A DNA stretch of 64,000 nucleotides from an uncultured Acidobacteriota bacterium (lineage in GTDB: Bacteria > Acidobacteriota > UBA6911): assembly GCA_963843575.1 (NCBI GenBank), contig CAWJKZ010000014.1, positions 384,001-448,000 of the forward strand, in the 5' to 3' direction. The position numbers and the translations under genes were made by a program. The notes under the pieces were generated by a model, which was not told the origin of the DNA, ran no database searches, and saw only the letters and a program-made list of their open reading frames with translations. Within the stretch, counting starts at the first letter, position 1. Every line of letters begins with the position of its first letter. Positions 30,602 to 43,647 of this stretch are shown piece after piece.

Positions 30602-31274
30602 CGATCTGTCCCCGTTTCTTCAAGAAATAATCAATCAACTCGGACGCGGAATTGTCCATCTCGACCGTGAAGGTCTCGATCTTGTTGGTGAAGAAGTTGA
30701 AGGCCATCACGGCGGGAACCGCCACGAACAGACCGAACGCCGTCGTCACCAACGCCTCGGCAATACCGCCCGCGACCGCCGCGATACCAGCAGTTTCCTC
30801 GGTCTTCATGCCCTGGAACGCATTGATGATGCCGATGGTCGTCCCGAACAGTCCGACGAAAGGGGCTACCGATCCGATGGTCGCCAGACCACCCAGACCC
30901 CGTTTCAGGTCCTCGATGCCGATCGCCGTCGCTCTCTCGAGCGCCCGCTTGGCGGCTTCGATCGTCTCGCCGGGAATTTCCTTGCTCTTGGAGTGCGCCT
31001 GCAGTTCATGAAGCCCCGATATCAGGACCTTAGCCAGATGGCTCTTGTTGTTCTGTTCGCCCAGGGCGATCGCCTCGTCGATCTTGCCTTCCTTCAGGCA
31101 TTCCGCCACCGCGGGGGTGAAGACCCGGGACTGCTTGCGGGCTGCCCGATAGGTGATCCACCTTTCGATCATGACGCTGATCGAGTAGGCCGACATGATG
31201 CCGAGAATCACCACGACACCCTTGGCGATTCCGCCCATCGAACTCCAAAGTTCTACTATGTTCATTTGTCCCAT
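30594..31274 (-). CDS. exbB: MotA/TolQ/ExbB proton channel protein
   Basis: LATIGSVAPFVGLFGT and GIAEALVTTAFGLFVAVPA motifs. Confidence 0.93.
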   Translation of the reverse strand: MGQMNIVELWSSMGGIAKGVVVILGIMSAYSISVMIERWITYRAARKQSRVFTPAVAECLKEGKIDEAIALGEQNNKSHLAKVLISGLHELQAHSKSKEIPGETIEAAKRALERATAIGIEDLKRGLGGLATIGSVAPFVGLFGTTIGIINAFQGMKTEETAGIAAVAGGIAEALVTTAFGLFVAVPAVMAFNFFTNKIETFTVEMDNSASELIDYFLKKRGQIGG

Positions 31275-31311
31275 CGAATTTATCTAACCTCCGACTAAAG
31301 TTTGGCCAAGA

Positions 31312-32067
31312 TTATCTCAGGTTGAAAATAACAGTCACGGTAGCGATAACCGGAACCGGCTCCCCATTGAGCAAGGTCGGTGAATATTTCCATTGCTTCA
31401 CGGCACGGACCGCCTCGTCATCCAACAGCGGATGACCCTTCAGCACGCGCAACTCGGACACGTTGCCATCCTCGTCTACCGTAACCTGGAGGATGACGAC
31501 GCCCGAGACACGCGCTCGCTTCGCGAGCTCTGGATAAACGGGTTCAACTTTCTTGATGAGCTTGGACTCCTGAACGTTTCCGCCCACGCGAATCGGCTCT
31601 CGTTTCACAGGGCGCGGCGGCGGCGGTGGCGGTGGCGGTGGCGGAACCCCACCGAGCACACCCCCGACTACGCCTCCGGGGACCCCTCCTACCACTCCAC
31701 CCTGAACACCGCCGGGTATGCCGCCCACAACACCGCTGACGCCCACAACCGGAGGCTCATCCACCGGCGGCGGGATTTCTTTCGGAATCTCCGTCGGGGC
31801 GACGAACCTCGTTGGGTCGACCGTCACCCTCTGGGGCATCACCCGTGAGGGCGTCGGCGGCGGCGGTGGCGGTGGCGGTGGTGGCGGTGGCGGCGGCGGC
31901 GCGATCAGAAACGTCAGCAGCTCGCCTTCCGGGAGCACGTTGAAGAAGACCAACGGGATTATGACAATCACGATGATCGCGACAATGTGCAGAACGATCG
32001 AAAGTGCGAGCGTGATAAGACGCTTCGCAAGATCCGAACGACTGGTTTCTTCTAAGGATTCAAACAT
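31312..32067 (-). CDS. tonB: TonB family energy transducer
   Basis: TM with SxxLH, Pro15 and Pro10 tracts, GGV repeats, and TonB_C domain (PVYPELAK..AVKQWKYSP). Confidence 0.92.
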   Translation of the reverse strand: MFESLEETSRSDLAKRLITLALSIVLHIVAIIVIVIIPLVFFNVLPEGELLTFLIAPPPPPPPPPPPPPPPTPSRVMPQRVTVDPTRFVAPTEIPKEIPPPVDEPPVVGVSGVVGGIPGGVQGGVVGGVPGGVVGGVLGGVPPPPPPPPPPRPVKREPIRVGGNVQESKLIKKVEPVYPELAKRARVSGVVILQVTVDEDGNVSELRVLKGHPLLDDEAVRAVKQWKYSPTLLNGEPVPVIATVTVIFNLR

Positions 32068-32261
32068 TGATCCCCCTCGTAGACTGCCCGTGGGCCTGAG
32101 AATTGGGGTGCTTGCGGTGCCGAATTGAGGAGGCGATCTTAATATCGCGCCGCAAAAACTGTCAAGCAGTTTTTCGCCCGCTTTCCCGTGAATTTTCAAC
32201 CCTTTTGGGCGTTTTCGGAGATAGTTCTACCTTTCGACGAATGCTGTACTCCAACAATGTT

Positions 32262-33464
32262 CTAAGCAGCCTTCCGCCCCGATTTCTGATCCATGGTCCG
32301 GTACCACCAGTCCACAATCGGGGAGGCGATCGCAATCGAAGAGTACGTCCCGATTATGATCCCCACCGTCAGGGCGAAAGAAAATCCGTTAAGCACCTCC
32401 CCCCCGAACACAAACAGGGCAAATACGGATAGGAAGGTCATACCGGAAGTCATTATGGTTCGCGACAGGGTCTGGTTGATGCTCGTGTTGAGTATACGGG
32501 TCAGGGATTCCTTCCGCATAACCCGCAGGTTTTCCCTGACCCTGTCGAAAATCACAATCGTGTCGTTGACCGAATAGCCGACCAAGGTCAGCACGGCGGC
32601 GATAACGGTCAGCGAAATCTCCTTCTGGGTCAGCGCGAACAAACCCAGGGTGATGGTGACGTCATGCAGCAGCGCCACGATGGCTGCCACACCAAAAATC
32701 GGCTTGAACCGGAACCCGATGTACACGAGCATGCCGAGGAACGACAGCCCGACAGCCAGCGCGGCCCGGCGCCGCAGGTCCGCTCCGACCACGGCCCCGA
32801 CGCTCTCGACGCCCTTGATCGCGAACGCTCCCGCATAGAAGTTGTTCTTGGCAAACTGCACCACCGCGCCGCTCACCCCGGGCGCCTGGCTGAGTTCGTC
32901 GAGCGAGCCCACCAGACCGTCCTTCACCCGGTTGCGGAAGTCGAGAAGCGAGGTCGCGACCTCTTTGTAGTGCGACTCCAGTTCCTGGCTTGTCTTCCCC
33001 TGGGACTTCAGCCCGTCAGGATCGGCTTCGAGCAGCCGCGTCCGCAGCATGTCGAGGCCGACATTGTTGCCGTTGAAGTCCGGTTTGGGATTGTTCACGT
33101 TCTCCTTGTCCAGCGCTTCCTGCAGGAGCTTTCTCACAACCCGCTGCCCCGAGTCGACATCCTCGCCCGCCTGGTACACCCGCTGCATCCTTATCTGGAC
33201 GGAGTTCTTCTCGGGCACGTCGAAGCGCTGGATGATCGTTGTACCAACGGACTCGGGCCTGAGCGCACCGCGGATCTCATCGAGATTCGGCGTGTTTCTC
33301 AGCTTCAGATACACCACCGTGCCACCGGTGAAATCGATTCCGTAGGCCAACCCGCCCCGCAGGATCCAGCCCGCGATGCCCAATACCAGCAGGGCCGCCG
33401 ACACCCCTATAAACCACCATTTTCTACCGATCCAATCGATCGATATATCGCGAAAAATTTCCAC
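32262..33464 (-). CDS. secF: Protein translocase subunit SecF (enlarged periplasmic domain)
   Basis: GIDFTGG, LLHDV, GYSVNDTIVIFDRVREN and QTLSRT motifs. Confidence 0.95.
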   Translation of the reverse strand: MEIFRDISIDWIGRKWWFIGVSAALLVLGIAGWILRGGLAYGIDFTGGTVVYLKLRNTPNLDEIRGALRPESVGTTIIQRFDVPEKNSVQIRMQRVYQAGEDVDSGQRVVRKLLQEALDKENVNNPKPDFNGNNVGLDMLRTRLLEADPDGLKSQGKTSQELESHYKEVATSLLDFRNRVKDGLVGSLDELSQAPGVSGAVVQFAKNNFYAGAFAIKGVESVGAVVGADLRRRAALAVGLSFLGMLVYIGFRFKPIFGVAAIVALLHDVTITLGLFALTQKEISLTVIAAVLTLVGYSVNDTIVIFDRVRENLRVMRKESLTRILNTSINQTLSRTIMTSGMTFLSVFALFVFGGEVLNGFSFALTVGIIIGTYSSIAIASPIVDWWYRTMDQKSGRKAA

Positions 33465-33593
33465 TTAAGTTCTCCCGTCGATCCAGGTATCCGGCCGGGA
33501 CTTCGGGGGCGTGCTCCAGAGGTATCCGTCGTTTTGGCTTTTCGCCTTCAGAACGTCTTGGACCCCTTTGTCGCCCCGAAGTTCCGACATTTC

Positions 33594-35204
<1,611 letters not shown>

Positions 35205-35265
35205 GTTTTTACCTTACGCTGTGGATCCGGCGGGGCCGCCGAACCGCGCCGTGAGAAGGGGTCGA

Positions 35266-35577
35266 TCAGCTGCCCTGATTCTCCTCCGGGCCCTGAATGC
35301 CCGCGACGGCACTCTTCGAGACTTCGATCTTGACCTGGTCGGAGATCTTCAGGATGAACGTCTTCTCCTTTACACCAGCGATGGTGCCATAGATGCCCGA
35401 GCTGGTGATTACCTTGTCGCCGTTCCGGAGGGCGGCGATCATCGCGTCCACCTTTTTCTGCCTCTTGCGCATCGGCATAAAGATCAGGAGGTAAAAGATG
35501 GCGCCGATAATGATGATAGGGGCAAATTGCACCAGGATATCCGGCGTCGCAGCCTGCATCAGTGTCGGCTGTTGCAT
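35266..35577 (-). CDS. yajC: Preprotein translocase subunit YajC
   Basis: FYLLIFMPMRKRQK..L.NGDKVITSSGIYG; tgt-yajC-secDF synteny. Confidence 0.94.
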   Translation of the reverse strand: MQQPTLMQAATPDILVQFAPIIIIGAIFYLLIFMPMRKRQKKVDAMIAALRNGDKVITSSGIYGTIAGVKEKTFILKISDQVKIEVSKSAVAGIQGPEENQGS

Positions 35578-35664
35578 TGAACTCCCAACCTTTCAGTTCC
35601 GGATGCCTCTTGATTTTGGAGAAGCCGGGTGGACTTGGTGGACGGAGACGGCCCGCCGATCCCT

Positions 35665-36861
<1,197 letters not shown>

Positions 36862-36905
36862 TTAGCAGTTGTGCGGGAACCCAGGGATTCGAGTATATTG
36901 GGCTC

Positions 36906-38093
36906 ATGCGAATCGCGGTGATCGGCGCTCGGCTCGCGGGTTCCTACGCCAGCCTGCTACTTTCGTCCCAGGGGCACGAGGTGCTCCTTTTTGACCACAC
37001 CACCGATCGGGAGAAGCCGTGCGGCGGCGGGGTCACATCCAAGGCCCTCCGCACAATGTCGTGGTTCAGGGAAAACCCGCTGCCGCACAACACCATCGAC
37101 ACAGTGCGGTTGACAACCCTGTTCGGCTACAGCGGCAAGCTCAAGCTGCGCAACCCGATCCACATCTTCTCCCGCGCCACTCTGGACGCGGCCCTGCGCG
37201 CCGCCGCCATGGCCGCGGGAGCCCGCTTCATCCAGGAACGTGCCGTCCGCTTCGAACCCGCAGTACGCGGCTGGGCTGTCCACACGAGGGGAACCGCCTA
37301 TGAGGTCGACTACCTGGTGGGCGCCGACGGCGCGACCAGCAGTGTGCGTAGCGCCCTCGCCGGCCGCTATGCGGCCGAGGACCTCTCCCTGGCCCTCGGC
37401 TACTACCTCCCGGGACTGTATCACCCGAACGCGGTGCTCGCCCATTTCCAGGAAAGCGGTTTCTTCGGCTATCTCTGGTCGTTCCCCCGTCTCGATCACT
37501 CGTCGGTCGGAATCCTCCGCTGGCTGCCCGAGGCCAACGCGGCGGAATTGCGCCGGCGCGTGCTGGAGTTCATCTCGGCAAGGTACCCCGGGGCCGGTGA
37601 GGACAAGAAGTTTTACGCGGCTCGCATCCCGTGTCTCAGCCGCAGGCGGTTGCTCGACCAGCGTGTCTGCGGCCGCAACTGGGCGCTGCTCGGCGATGCC
37701 GCCGGCTTCGCCGACGCCATCACCGCCGAAGGGATCCACTACGCGCTCCGTTCCGCCGAACTGCTCGCCGGCGTGTTCAGGCGAGGCAGGCCCGAGGACT
37801 TCGAGCAGGAATGGCGCGAGGACTTCGGCGGGGATCTCGAGCGTGCGGCCGCATGGCGCGACCGCTTCTATGCCGGGACGTTCCTGTTTACGACCTTCAT
37901 CCACCGCGCGGTGCAGATCGCACGCCTGAGCCCCACCGCCCAGCGCATGACCGACGCGCTCATCTCGGGGAAAAGCACCTACCTCGAACTGCGCCGACAG
38001 CTGATCGTGCGCAGCCCGCGGATCCTCGTGGAGGCCCTCTGCAACACTTCGTTCCGGGCCCGGGATTCCGCCGACGCCGTTCCGATCGCCTAG
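36906..38093 (+). CDS. Geranylgeranyl reductase family FAD-dependent oxidoreductase
   Basis: KPCGGG, LVGADG, GYLWSFP and LLGDAAGF..TAEGI motifs. Confidence 0.8.
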   Translation: MRIAVIGARLAGSYASLLLSSQGHEVLLFDHTTDREKPCGGGVTSKALRTMSWFRENPLPHNTIDTVRLTTLFGYSGKLKLRNPIHIFSRATLDAALRAAAMAAGARFIQERAVRFEPAVRGWAVHTRGTAYEVDYLVGADGATSSVRSALAGRYAAEDLSLALGYYLPGLYHPNAVLAHFQESGFFGYLWSFPRLDHSSVGILRWLPEANAAELRRRVLEFISARYPGAGEDKKFYAARIPCLSRRRLLDQRVCGRNWALLGDAAGFADAITAEGIHYALRSAELLAGVFRRGRPEDFEQEWREDFGGDLERAAAWRDRFYAGTFLFTTFIHRAVQIARLSPTAQRMTDALISGKSTYLELRRQLIVRSPRILVEALCNTSFRARDSADAVPIA

Positions 38094-38217
38094 GCGATCC
38101 TGCGAGACCTCCGAATGTCGCTCGTGACCGGTAGCACGCACCTCGAAATCTTCTGAGTCCAACGGGATCGGAGGAACCCCGGTTCGTGCCGAGAAAGTGC
38201 GGGGTGGGAGCGAGGCG

Positions 38218-39237
38218 TCACAGAACGCTTGCGTACCCGCCCTGGCGCTGCAGCCAATACGCGGTGCTGTTGTCGAGCATAAACAGCTCGTCGCGGGAAC
38301 CGACGAGGCCCACCAGCATGGGGGCGGCGACATGGTGCTCGGGTACATTGGCCCCGGGCACCAGCCGGAAAATCCCCTTGCGGCCGGCGAACGCCGTCGC
38401 AATCCACAGCTCACCCTCGGGCGAGCACCACATCCCCTGCGGCCTGGCCAGTCCCGTCGCGCGTATTTCCACCCTGCCCTTTTCCGGTATGAGATAGAGC
38501 GGATCCCTCATGGCCAGCGTCGGGCCGGTCACGAAAAGCCGGTCCTGGGCATCGATGGCCAGGTGATACGCCGACACGCTCGGCTCGAGTCGCGCGTACT
38601 CCTCCCTTTCGCCCGATGCCCCGAGACGCAGGATCCGGCCCGCACGGTCGCCCACATACATGGAGCCATTGGAGTCGAACGCGATGCCGCACGCGGTCCC
38701 GAGATCGTCCGCGACAGTTTCCAGTTCCTCGAAATCCCTGAACCGGTAGACGGTGCCATCATGGCGGCTCGAGACGTACAGCTGGCCGTCGGGGCCGAAG
38801 GCGAGCCCGGTCGCGTTGGTGATATCGCAGGCGAACGCCGTCTTCTCTCCGGTGCGGGTGACCCGCACGATGGGTTGAGGCACCTGTTGGCCGCGCGAGC
38901 CGCTTATCGTCGTGACGATCGAACCGTCCGGAGCCAGGGCGGGGCTGGTGACCGGGTGCAACTCTCCGGCCAGCGGGGCCGCCACCGCGAATGGATAGAC
39001 AGCCGACTCCCTGGCCCCCACCTTCAGGATGAGCCCCAGGCTTCTGGAACTCCACGGCAGCCGTGCGATTACCCGGTCCTCCGACGCGCTCACGATCTCC
39101 GCCTCGGTATCCCCGAGCAGGACGCGGGACCGCGACGGGAGGCCGGGGCGAAATCCCCGGCAAAGGATCGTGATCTCGCCTCCAGGGACTCCGAGAGCAG
39201 GCTTAACCTCTGTGATGCAAAGACGTTCGGATGGCAT
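38218..39237 (-). CDS. IPT/TIG domain plus NHL/gluconolactonase-like beta-propeller protein
   Basis: N-terminal P..G..GGEITI..GF pattern; repeated GLAFGPDG.LYV and GIAFDSNG.MYV blades. Confidence 0.7.
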   Translation of the reverse strand: MPSERLCITEVKPALGVPGGEITILCRGFRPGLPSRSRVLLGDTEAEIVSASEDRVIARLPWSSRSLGLILKVGARESAVYPFAVAAPLAGELHPVTSPALAPDGSIVTTISGSRGQQVPQPIVRVTRTGEKTAFACDITNATGLAFGPDGQLYVSSRHDGTVYRFRDFEELETVADDLGTACGIAFDSNGSMYVGDRAGRILRLGASGEREEYARLEPSVSAYHLAIDAQDRLFVTGPTLAMRDPLYLIPEKGRVEIRATGLARPQGMWCSPEGELWIATAFAGRKGIFRLVPGANVPEHHVAAPMLVGLVGSRDELFMLDNSTAYWLQRQGGYASVL

Positions 39238-39275
39238 GTGGCCGGATTATGCATTAGCGCGCCGGGAAGATCAAG

Positions 39276-39304
39276 TTGACAACCCCGGGTGCCGGTCCTA
39301 CCAT
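39276..39304 (+). promoter_or_regulatory. Putative sigma70 promoter of uvrA
   Basis: TTGACA-17 nt-TACCAT. Confidence 0.65.
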
Positions 39305-39350
39305 TTTTCGTTTGCTCACCACCGTAAAAACCTCGCCGGGAGACTGACAC

Positions 39351-42272
39351 TTGCCTGCAGAGAACAAGGGCGCGATCGTAGTCGTGGGCGCGAGGGTACA
39401 CAACCTTAAGAACATTACGGTGGACATCCCCCTGAATGCGCTGACCGTCGTCACCGGCGTCTCCGGCAGCGGCAAGAGCAGCCTCGCCTTCGACACGCTC
39501 TACGCCGAGGGGCAACGGCGTTACGTCGCCTCCCTGTCCGCCTATGCCAGACAGTTCCTGGAACGGATCGATCGCCCCGATGTCGACGACATTCAAGGCA
39601 TCTGCCCGGCCCTCGCGATCCGGCAGAAGAACTACACCAGGAACCCGCGATCGACCGTGGGGACCGTCACCGAGATCAACGACTACCTGAGGCTGCTCTA
39701 TGCCCGGATAGGGGTGACTCATTGCCACGTCTGCGGGCGGCGCGTCGAGAAGGACACCCCGGATAAGATCGCCGACTTCGTGCTCGCGCTCCCGCCGGGG
39801 ACCCGGGTCCTGGTTTGCCTGCCCCTGTCGCTCGAAGAAGCCGGGGCGACTCTTCCGGGCCGCGGACGCGCAACGGCCGGCGCCCGGGGACCCGAGACAA
39901 AGTTGGCGATGTCGCTTCCCGGGCTCCTGCAGCAGGGTTTCGTGCGGCTGCTGATCGGTGAGCGCGTCGTCGAGCTGTCGGAGGCAATGGAAGCGCTGCA
40001 AAAGAGCGCCTCCAAGCAGGTGCACGTGGTGGTGGACAGACTGGTGATCCAGGGGGACATCCGCAAACGCCTGGTGGACTCTCTCGAAATCTGCGGCCGG
40101 GAATCCGAGGGCCGCATCGAGCTCGTCTTCCCCGCCGCGCCGCAACCGGTCGATCTGCGGGAATTGATCCCCGCCGAACACCCCGAGGTCCGCTGGCTGG
40201 CCCATCCCGCGGGAACGCTCGTGAAGTTCAGCGAGAAGTTCGAGTGCCAGCTTTGCGGTGTACCCTACGAGGAGCCCGAACCGCGCCTCTTCTCGTTCAA
40301 CAACCCCTTCGGCGCCTGCCCCGATTGCCAGGGCTTCGGCAACACCATGACGGTGGACTTGGACAGGGTCGTCCCGGACAAGTCCAGGAGCCTGGCGGAA
40401 GGTGCCGTGCACCCTTGGACGAAGCCGCGTTATCGCACCTTCCAGGCGAAGCTGCTGCAGTTTGCCCAAAAGCGCGGGATCCCCGTCGACGCCCCCTGGT
40501 CCGACCTGGCCGAGGCCGACCAACATGCGATCGTGCGGGGGAAATTCGGCTTCCCCGGAATCCTCGGTTTTTTCGACTACCTTGAAGGCAAGAAGTACAA
40601 GATGCACGTGCGCATCTTCATCAGCCGGTACCGGGGATACTCGACCTGCCTGGCATGCGGCGGCGAGAGGCTGCGCCGCGAGGCGCGCGACGTGCTGGTG
40701 GGAGGGAAACGGATAACCGAGGTCACGCGGCTGTCGATCCGGGAGGCCGCCGCCTTCGTCGGAGGGCTCGCGCTGAGCCCGTCCCAGGAGGCGATCGCGG
40801 GAAAGATCCTCCAGGAGATCGCACACCGTCTCGACCTGCTGCTGCGCGTGGGGCTCGACTACCTTTCACTCGATCGCCTGTCTTCCTCGCTGTCCGGGGG
40901 CGAGTCGCAGCGCATCCAGCTGGCGACCTCGCTCGGGTCGACCCTGGTCGGAGCGCTGTACGTCCTGGACGAACCGAGCATCGGCCTTCACCCGCGCGAC
41001 AGCCGGCGTCTCGTGGACATACTGCAGGGCCTCAAGACGATCGGCAACACCGTGGTGGTCGTGGAACACGACCCGGAGATCATGAGCTTCGCGGACCACG
41101 TGATCGACCTCGGTCCCCGGGCCGGCGAGGACGGCGGCAGCGTGGTGTCCGCCGGAAGTTACGCGCATGTCCTACGCGACGCGAAATCGCTCACCGGCCG
41201 CTATCTCCGGGGCGAACTCAAGATCCCGGTGCCGCTTTTCCGGCGCAAACCCGACGGCCGCTGCATCGAGATCCTCAAGGCCAGCAAGCACAACCTGAAA
41301 TCGATCGACGTCCGCCTCCCGCTCGGGGTGTTCGTCTGCATCACCGGGGTCAGCGGCAGCGGTAAATCGACCCTCGTGCACGAGGTTCTCTATACCGCGA
41401 TTAAGCGGGCCAAGGGCGAGATCAACGAACCGCTCGAAGCGTGCGACGCAATCCGGGGTGGCGAACACCTCGCCGATGCGGTCCTCGTCGACCAGTCGCC
41501 GATCGGGCGTACGCCCCGCTCCAACCCTGCCACCTACGTGAAGGCCTTCGACGAGATCCGCGCCGTCTTCGCCCAGACGCGCGACGCGTACGCGCGCAAT
41601 CTCGGCCCCGGGCACTTCTCCTTCAACCTGGCCGGCGGCCGGTGCGAAACCTGCCAGGGGAGTGGGACCATCACGGTGGAGATGCAGTTCCTCGCCGACG
41701 TCGAACTCGTGTGCGACGACTGCAAGGGGAAGCGCTTCAAGAGTGCGGTCCTCGAGGTGCGTTACAAAGGGAAGAATATCGCCGAAGTGCTCGACATGAC
41801 CGTTCACGAGGCGATCGGTTTCTTCGCCGGCAACGCCGGCGTCACGCGCAAGCTGCGCCTGCTCGAGGAGATCGGTCTCGGGTACCTGCGGCTCGGCCAG
41901 TCGGCTACCTCGCTTTCCGGAGGCGAGGCTCAGCGGATCAAGCTCGCGTCCTACATCTCAAGGAAAACGGAGAAGCGGACGCTGTATATCTTCGACGAGC
42001 CGACCACCGGCCTCCACTTCGACGACATCCGCAAGCTCATCGCGGCTTTCGACCGGCTGCTGAACGCGGGCAACTCGATCGTCGTCATCGAGCACAACCT
42101 CGACATCATCAAGACCGCCGACTGGGTGATCGACCTGGGCCCCGAAGGGGGCGAGGCCGGCGGCCGGGTCGTTTTCGAGGGACCGCCCGACGAATTGGTG
42201 CGGTGCGAGTCGTCCTACACGGGGCGGTTCCTCAGGAAGTACCTCGAGGGCAGCCACGACAGCAGGCCGTGA
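39351..42272 (+). CDS. uvrA: Excinuclease ABC subunit A
   Basis: Two GVSGSGKS Walker A motifs, two LSGGE signatures, FSFN motifs and Zn fingers. Confidence 0.96.
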   Translation: MPAENKGAIVVVGARVHNLKNITVDIPLNALTVVTGVSGSGKSSLAFDTLYAEGQRRYVASLSAYARQFLERIDRPDVDDIQGICPALAIRQKNYTRNPRSTVGTVTEINDYLRLLYARIGVTHCHVCGRRVEKDTPDKIADFVLALPPGTRVLVCLPLSLEEAGATLPGRGRATAGARGPETKLAMSLPGLLQQGFVRLLIGERVVELSEAMEALQKSASKQVHVVVDRLVIQGDIRKRLVDSLEICGRESEGRIELVFPAAPQPVDLRELIPAEHPEVRWLAHPAGTLVKFSEKFECQLCGVPYEEPEPRLFSFNNPFGACPDCQGFGNTMTVDLDRVVPDKSRSLAEGAVHPWTKPRYRTFQAKLLQFAQKRGIPVDAPWSDLAEADQHAIVRGKFGFPGILGFFDYLEGKKYKMHVRIFISRYRGYSTCLACGGERLRREARDVLVGGKRITEVTRLSIREAAAFVGGLALSPSQEAIAGKILQEIAHRLDLLLRVGLDYLSLDRLSSSLSGGESQRIQLATSLGSTLVGALYVLDEPSIGLHPRDSRRLVDILQGLKTIGNTVVVVEHDPEIMSFADHVIDLGPRAGEDGGSVVSAGSYAHVLRDAKSLTGRYLRGELKIPVPLFRRKPDGRCIEILKASKHNLKSIDVRLPLGVFVCITGVSGSGKSTLVHEVLYTAIKRAKGEINEPLEACDAIRGGEHLADAVLVDQSPIGRTPRSNPATYVKAFDEIRAVFAQTRDAYARNLGPGHFSFNLAGGRCETCQGSGTITVEMQFLADVELVCDDCKGKRFKSAVLEVRYKGKNIAEVLDMTVHEAIGFFAGNAGVTRKLRLLEEIGLGYLRLGQSATSLSGGEAQRIKLASYISRKTEKRTLYIFDEPTTGLHFDDIRKLIAAFDRLLNAGNSIVVIEHNLDIIKTADWVIDLGPEGGEAGGRVVFEGPPDELVRCESSYTGRFLRKYLEGSHDSRP

Positions 42273-42639
42273 ATCGCCGGCAGCAACTCGCCGACCAGCC
42301 CCTCGTACGCACCATCGGATCCGGATTCTACCCGAAGTGAGGGTCCCGCCCTGCAGTGTTGAACAGCTCCTGGACATTGTCCTTGCTACCGGGAGATGAA
42401 AACCCCTCCACGAATCGGCGCGCGCAACTCCGCAGCCGGCCGCTTGTGTCTGAATCCAGCCTCGAGTGACGCCGGCTCTTCTCAGGCCATTCTGGCAGCT
42501 ACCCCTTTTCGATGGAGATCGGGAGGGATATCATTGAGTCAAGAGACACCATGGCATGAAACCACGCCATACTGGTCCCGCGCCGGCGAGCTCAATTCGG
42601 GTGGCCACCGACAGGTCTGCGGGATTCGCAGGCATTCAA

Positions 42640-42925
42640 GACGGACCGTCGAGCTCAAGATGCCGGCAGACGCACCCGGCCGCCTGGCGGGTCTGTCTCT
42701 GGAGAATGAAGCGGGAGAGCAATACCGGCTCCCTTCGACTCTGGAATCCCTTCCTGCCGGATCGCTGCTTCTCATCCTGTTCGACGGCAGAAACTCTGTT
42801 GAAGACGCGACTGTACATCCGCCCGCAGCGCGTTTCTCAACACCGGTTCCGGTTCGCTTCGGCTGGTAACATCAGGCGGGAATCCGCTGGACCAGATCGG
42901 CTGGGGGTCCAGCGAGCCTGTGGGT
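42640..42925 (+). pseudogene. Fragment of a lamin-tail-domain-like extracellular module, frameshifted
   Basis: VELK..LAGLSLENEAGEQYRLP..LPAGSLLLILFDG, then in another frame FLNTGSGSLRLVTSGGNPLDQIGWG; recognised by eye only. Confidence 0.45.
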
Positions 42926-43398
42926 GCGCCGCACGCTCCGGTACACGCAGTAGCTCCCGCCAGATCCGTCGGTGACCGGATACGTCTGAGTCTGGTGAAA
43001 GTTCAGCCTTGGGACTACCGTCACCCGCCTGCCCCACGGCGGCCAGTTGAATCCCAGCCCACCCCAGATCGTGCTGCTCTCCGGCCAGACCATAGGTCGG
43101 TCCGGGTTATTGGCCTCACACGGAGGATCCTCCGTGTAGGTAGGGGGCACCTCGCACCGCTGTGGGCCGTGGAAAAAACGCGAGCGAAAGCGAGCTCCGG
43201 TTCACCGGGCCAATCGAACCGCTGTTCTCATTGGGGGAAAACGTCTTCTCATAGCTGTTGGTAATAGTGAAGGGGCCACAGCCTGCATAGGTTCCCACCG
43301 AATCAGGGACAGATCCAGCAACCCTGCCAGATCCCCTGAAGAAACGCGGAGTGCCGGGCGCAATGCCGATCACCGAGGTGCCATTCCCTGCACTTCCA

Positions 43399-43428
43399 TT
43401 GACCCTTCGGCCAGGTATTGAGTATGAT
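43399..43428 (+). promoter_or_regulatory. Putative sigma70 promoter of 6S RNA
   Basis: TTGACC-18 nt-TATGAT just upstream of the predicted RNA start. Confidence 0.6.
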
Positions 43429-43434
43429 AGCGAC

Positions 43435-43615
43435 AGCCCCTGCAATGTTGGTGATGGCAACCAATATTTGAGCCAACATTCTATTTGACGGGAGCCTGAA
43501 TCGCTTCGCGGTGAGCGCACCTTTCCTTCGGGAACTCGAGCGCCTGAAGTGGAGCTAGGGCACCCCCTTGGTGACAAGGTTCAAGTAGAATTTGCCACAC
43601 GGCGGCGCGGGGGCC
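43435..43615 (+). ncRNA. ssrS: 6S RNA
   Basis: About 180-nt rod: gcccctgc/gcgggggc, gtgatggcaa/ttgccacac and ttgagcc/ggttcaa pair; GGGAGCC and CACCC flank the central bubble; a U-tract follows; lies next to ymdB and zapA. Confidence 0.85.
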
Positions 43616-43647
43616 TTTTTTTTCGCGGGCAGGGGCGGACCGCTGCG

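Noticed and set aside
31615-31899. CGG/TGG triplet runs that resemble a microsatellite
   Set aside because: They encode the Pro10 and Pro15 tracts of TonB with mixed CCG/CCA codons, so they are ordinary coding repeats
43400-43647. 5' parts of ORFs 43116-43577 (-) and 43549-44427 (+)
   Set aside because: They overlap the 6S RNA and its promoter; ymdB homology begins at ATG 43648
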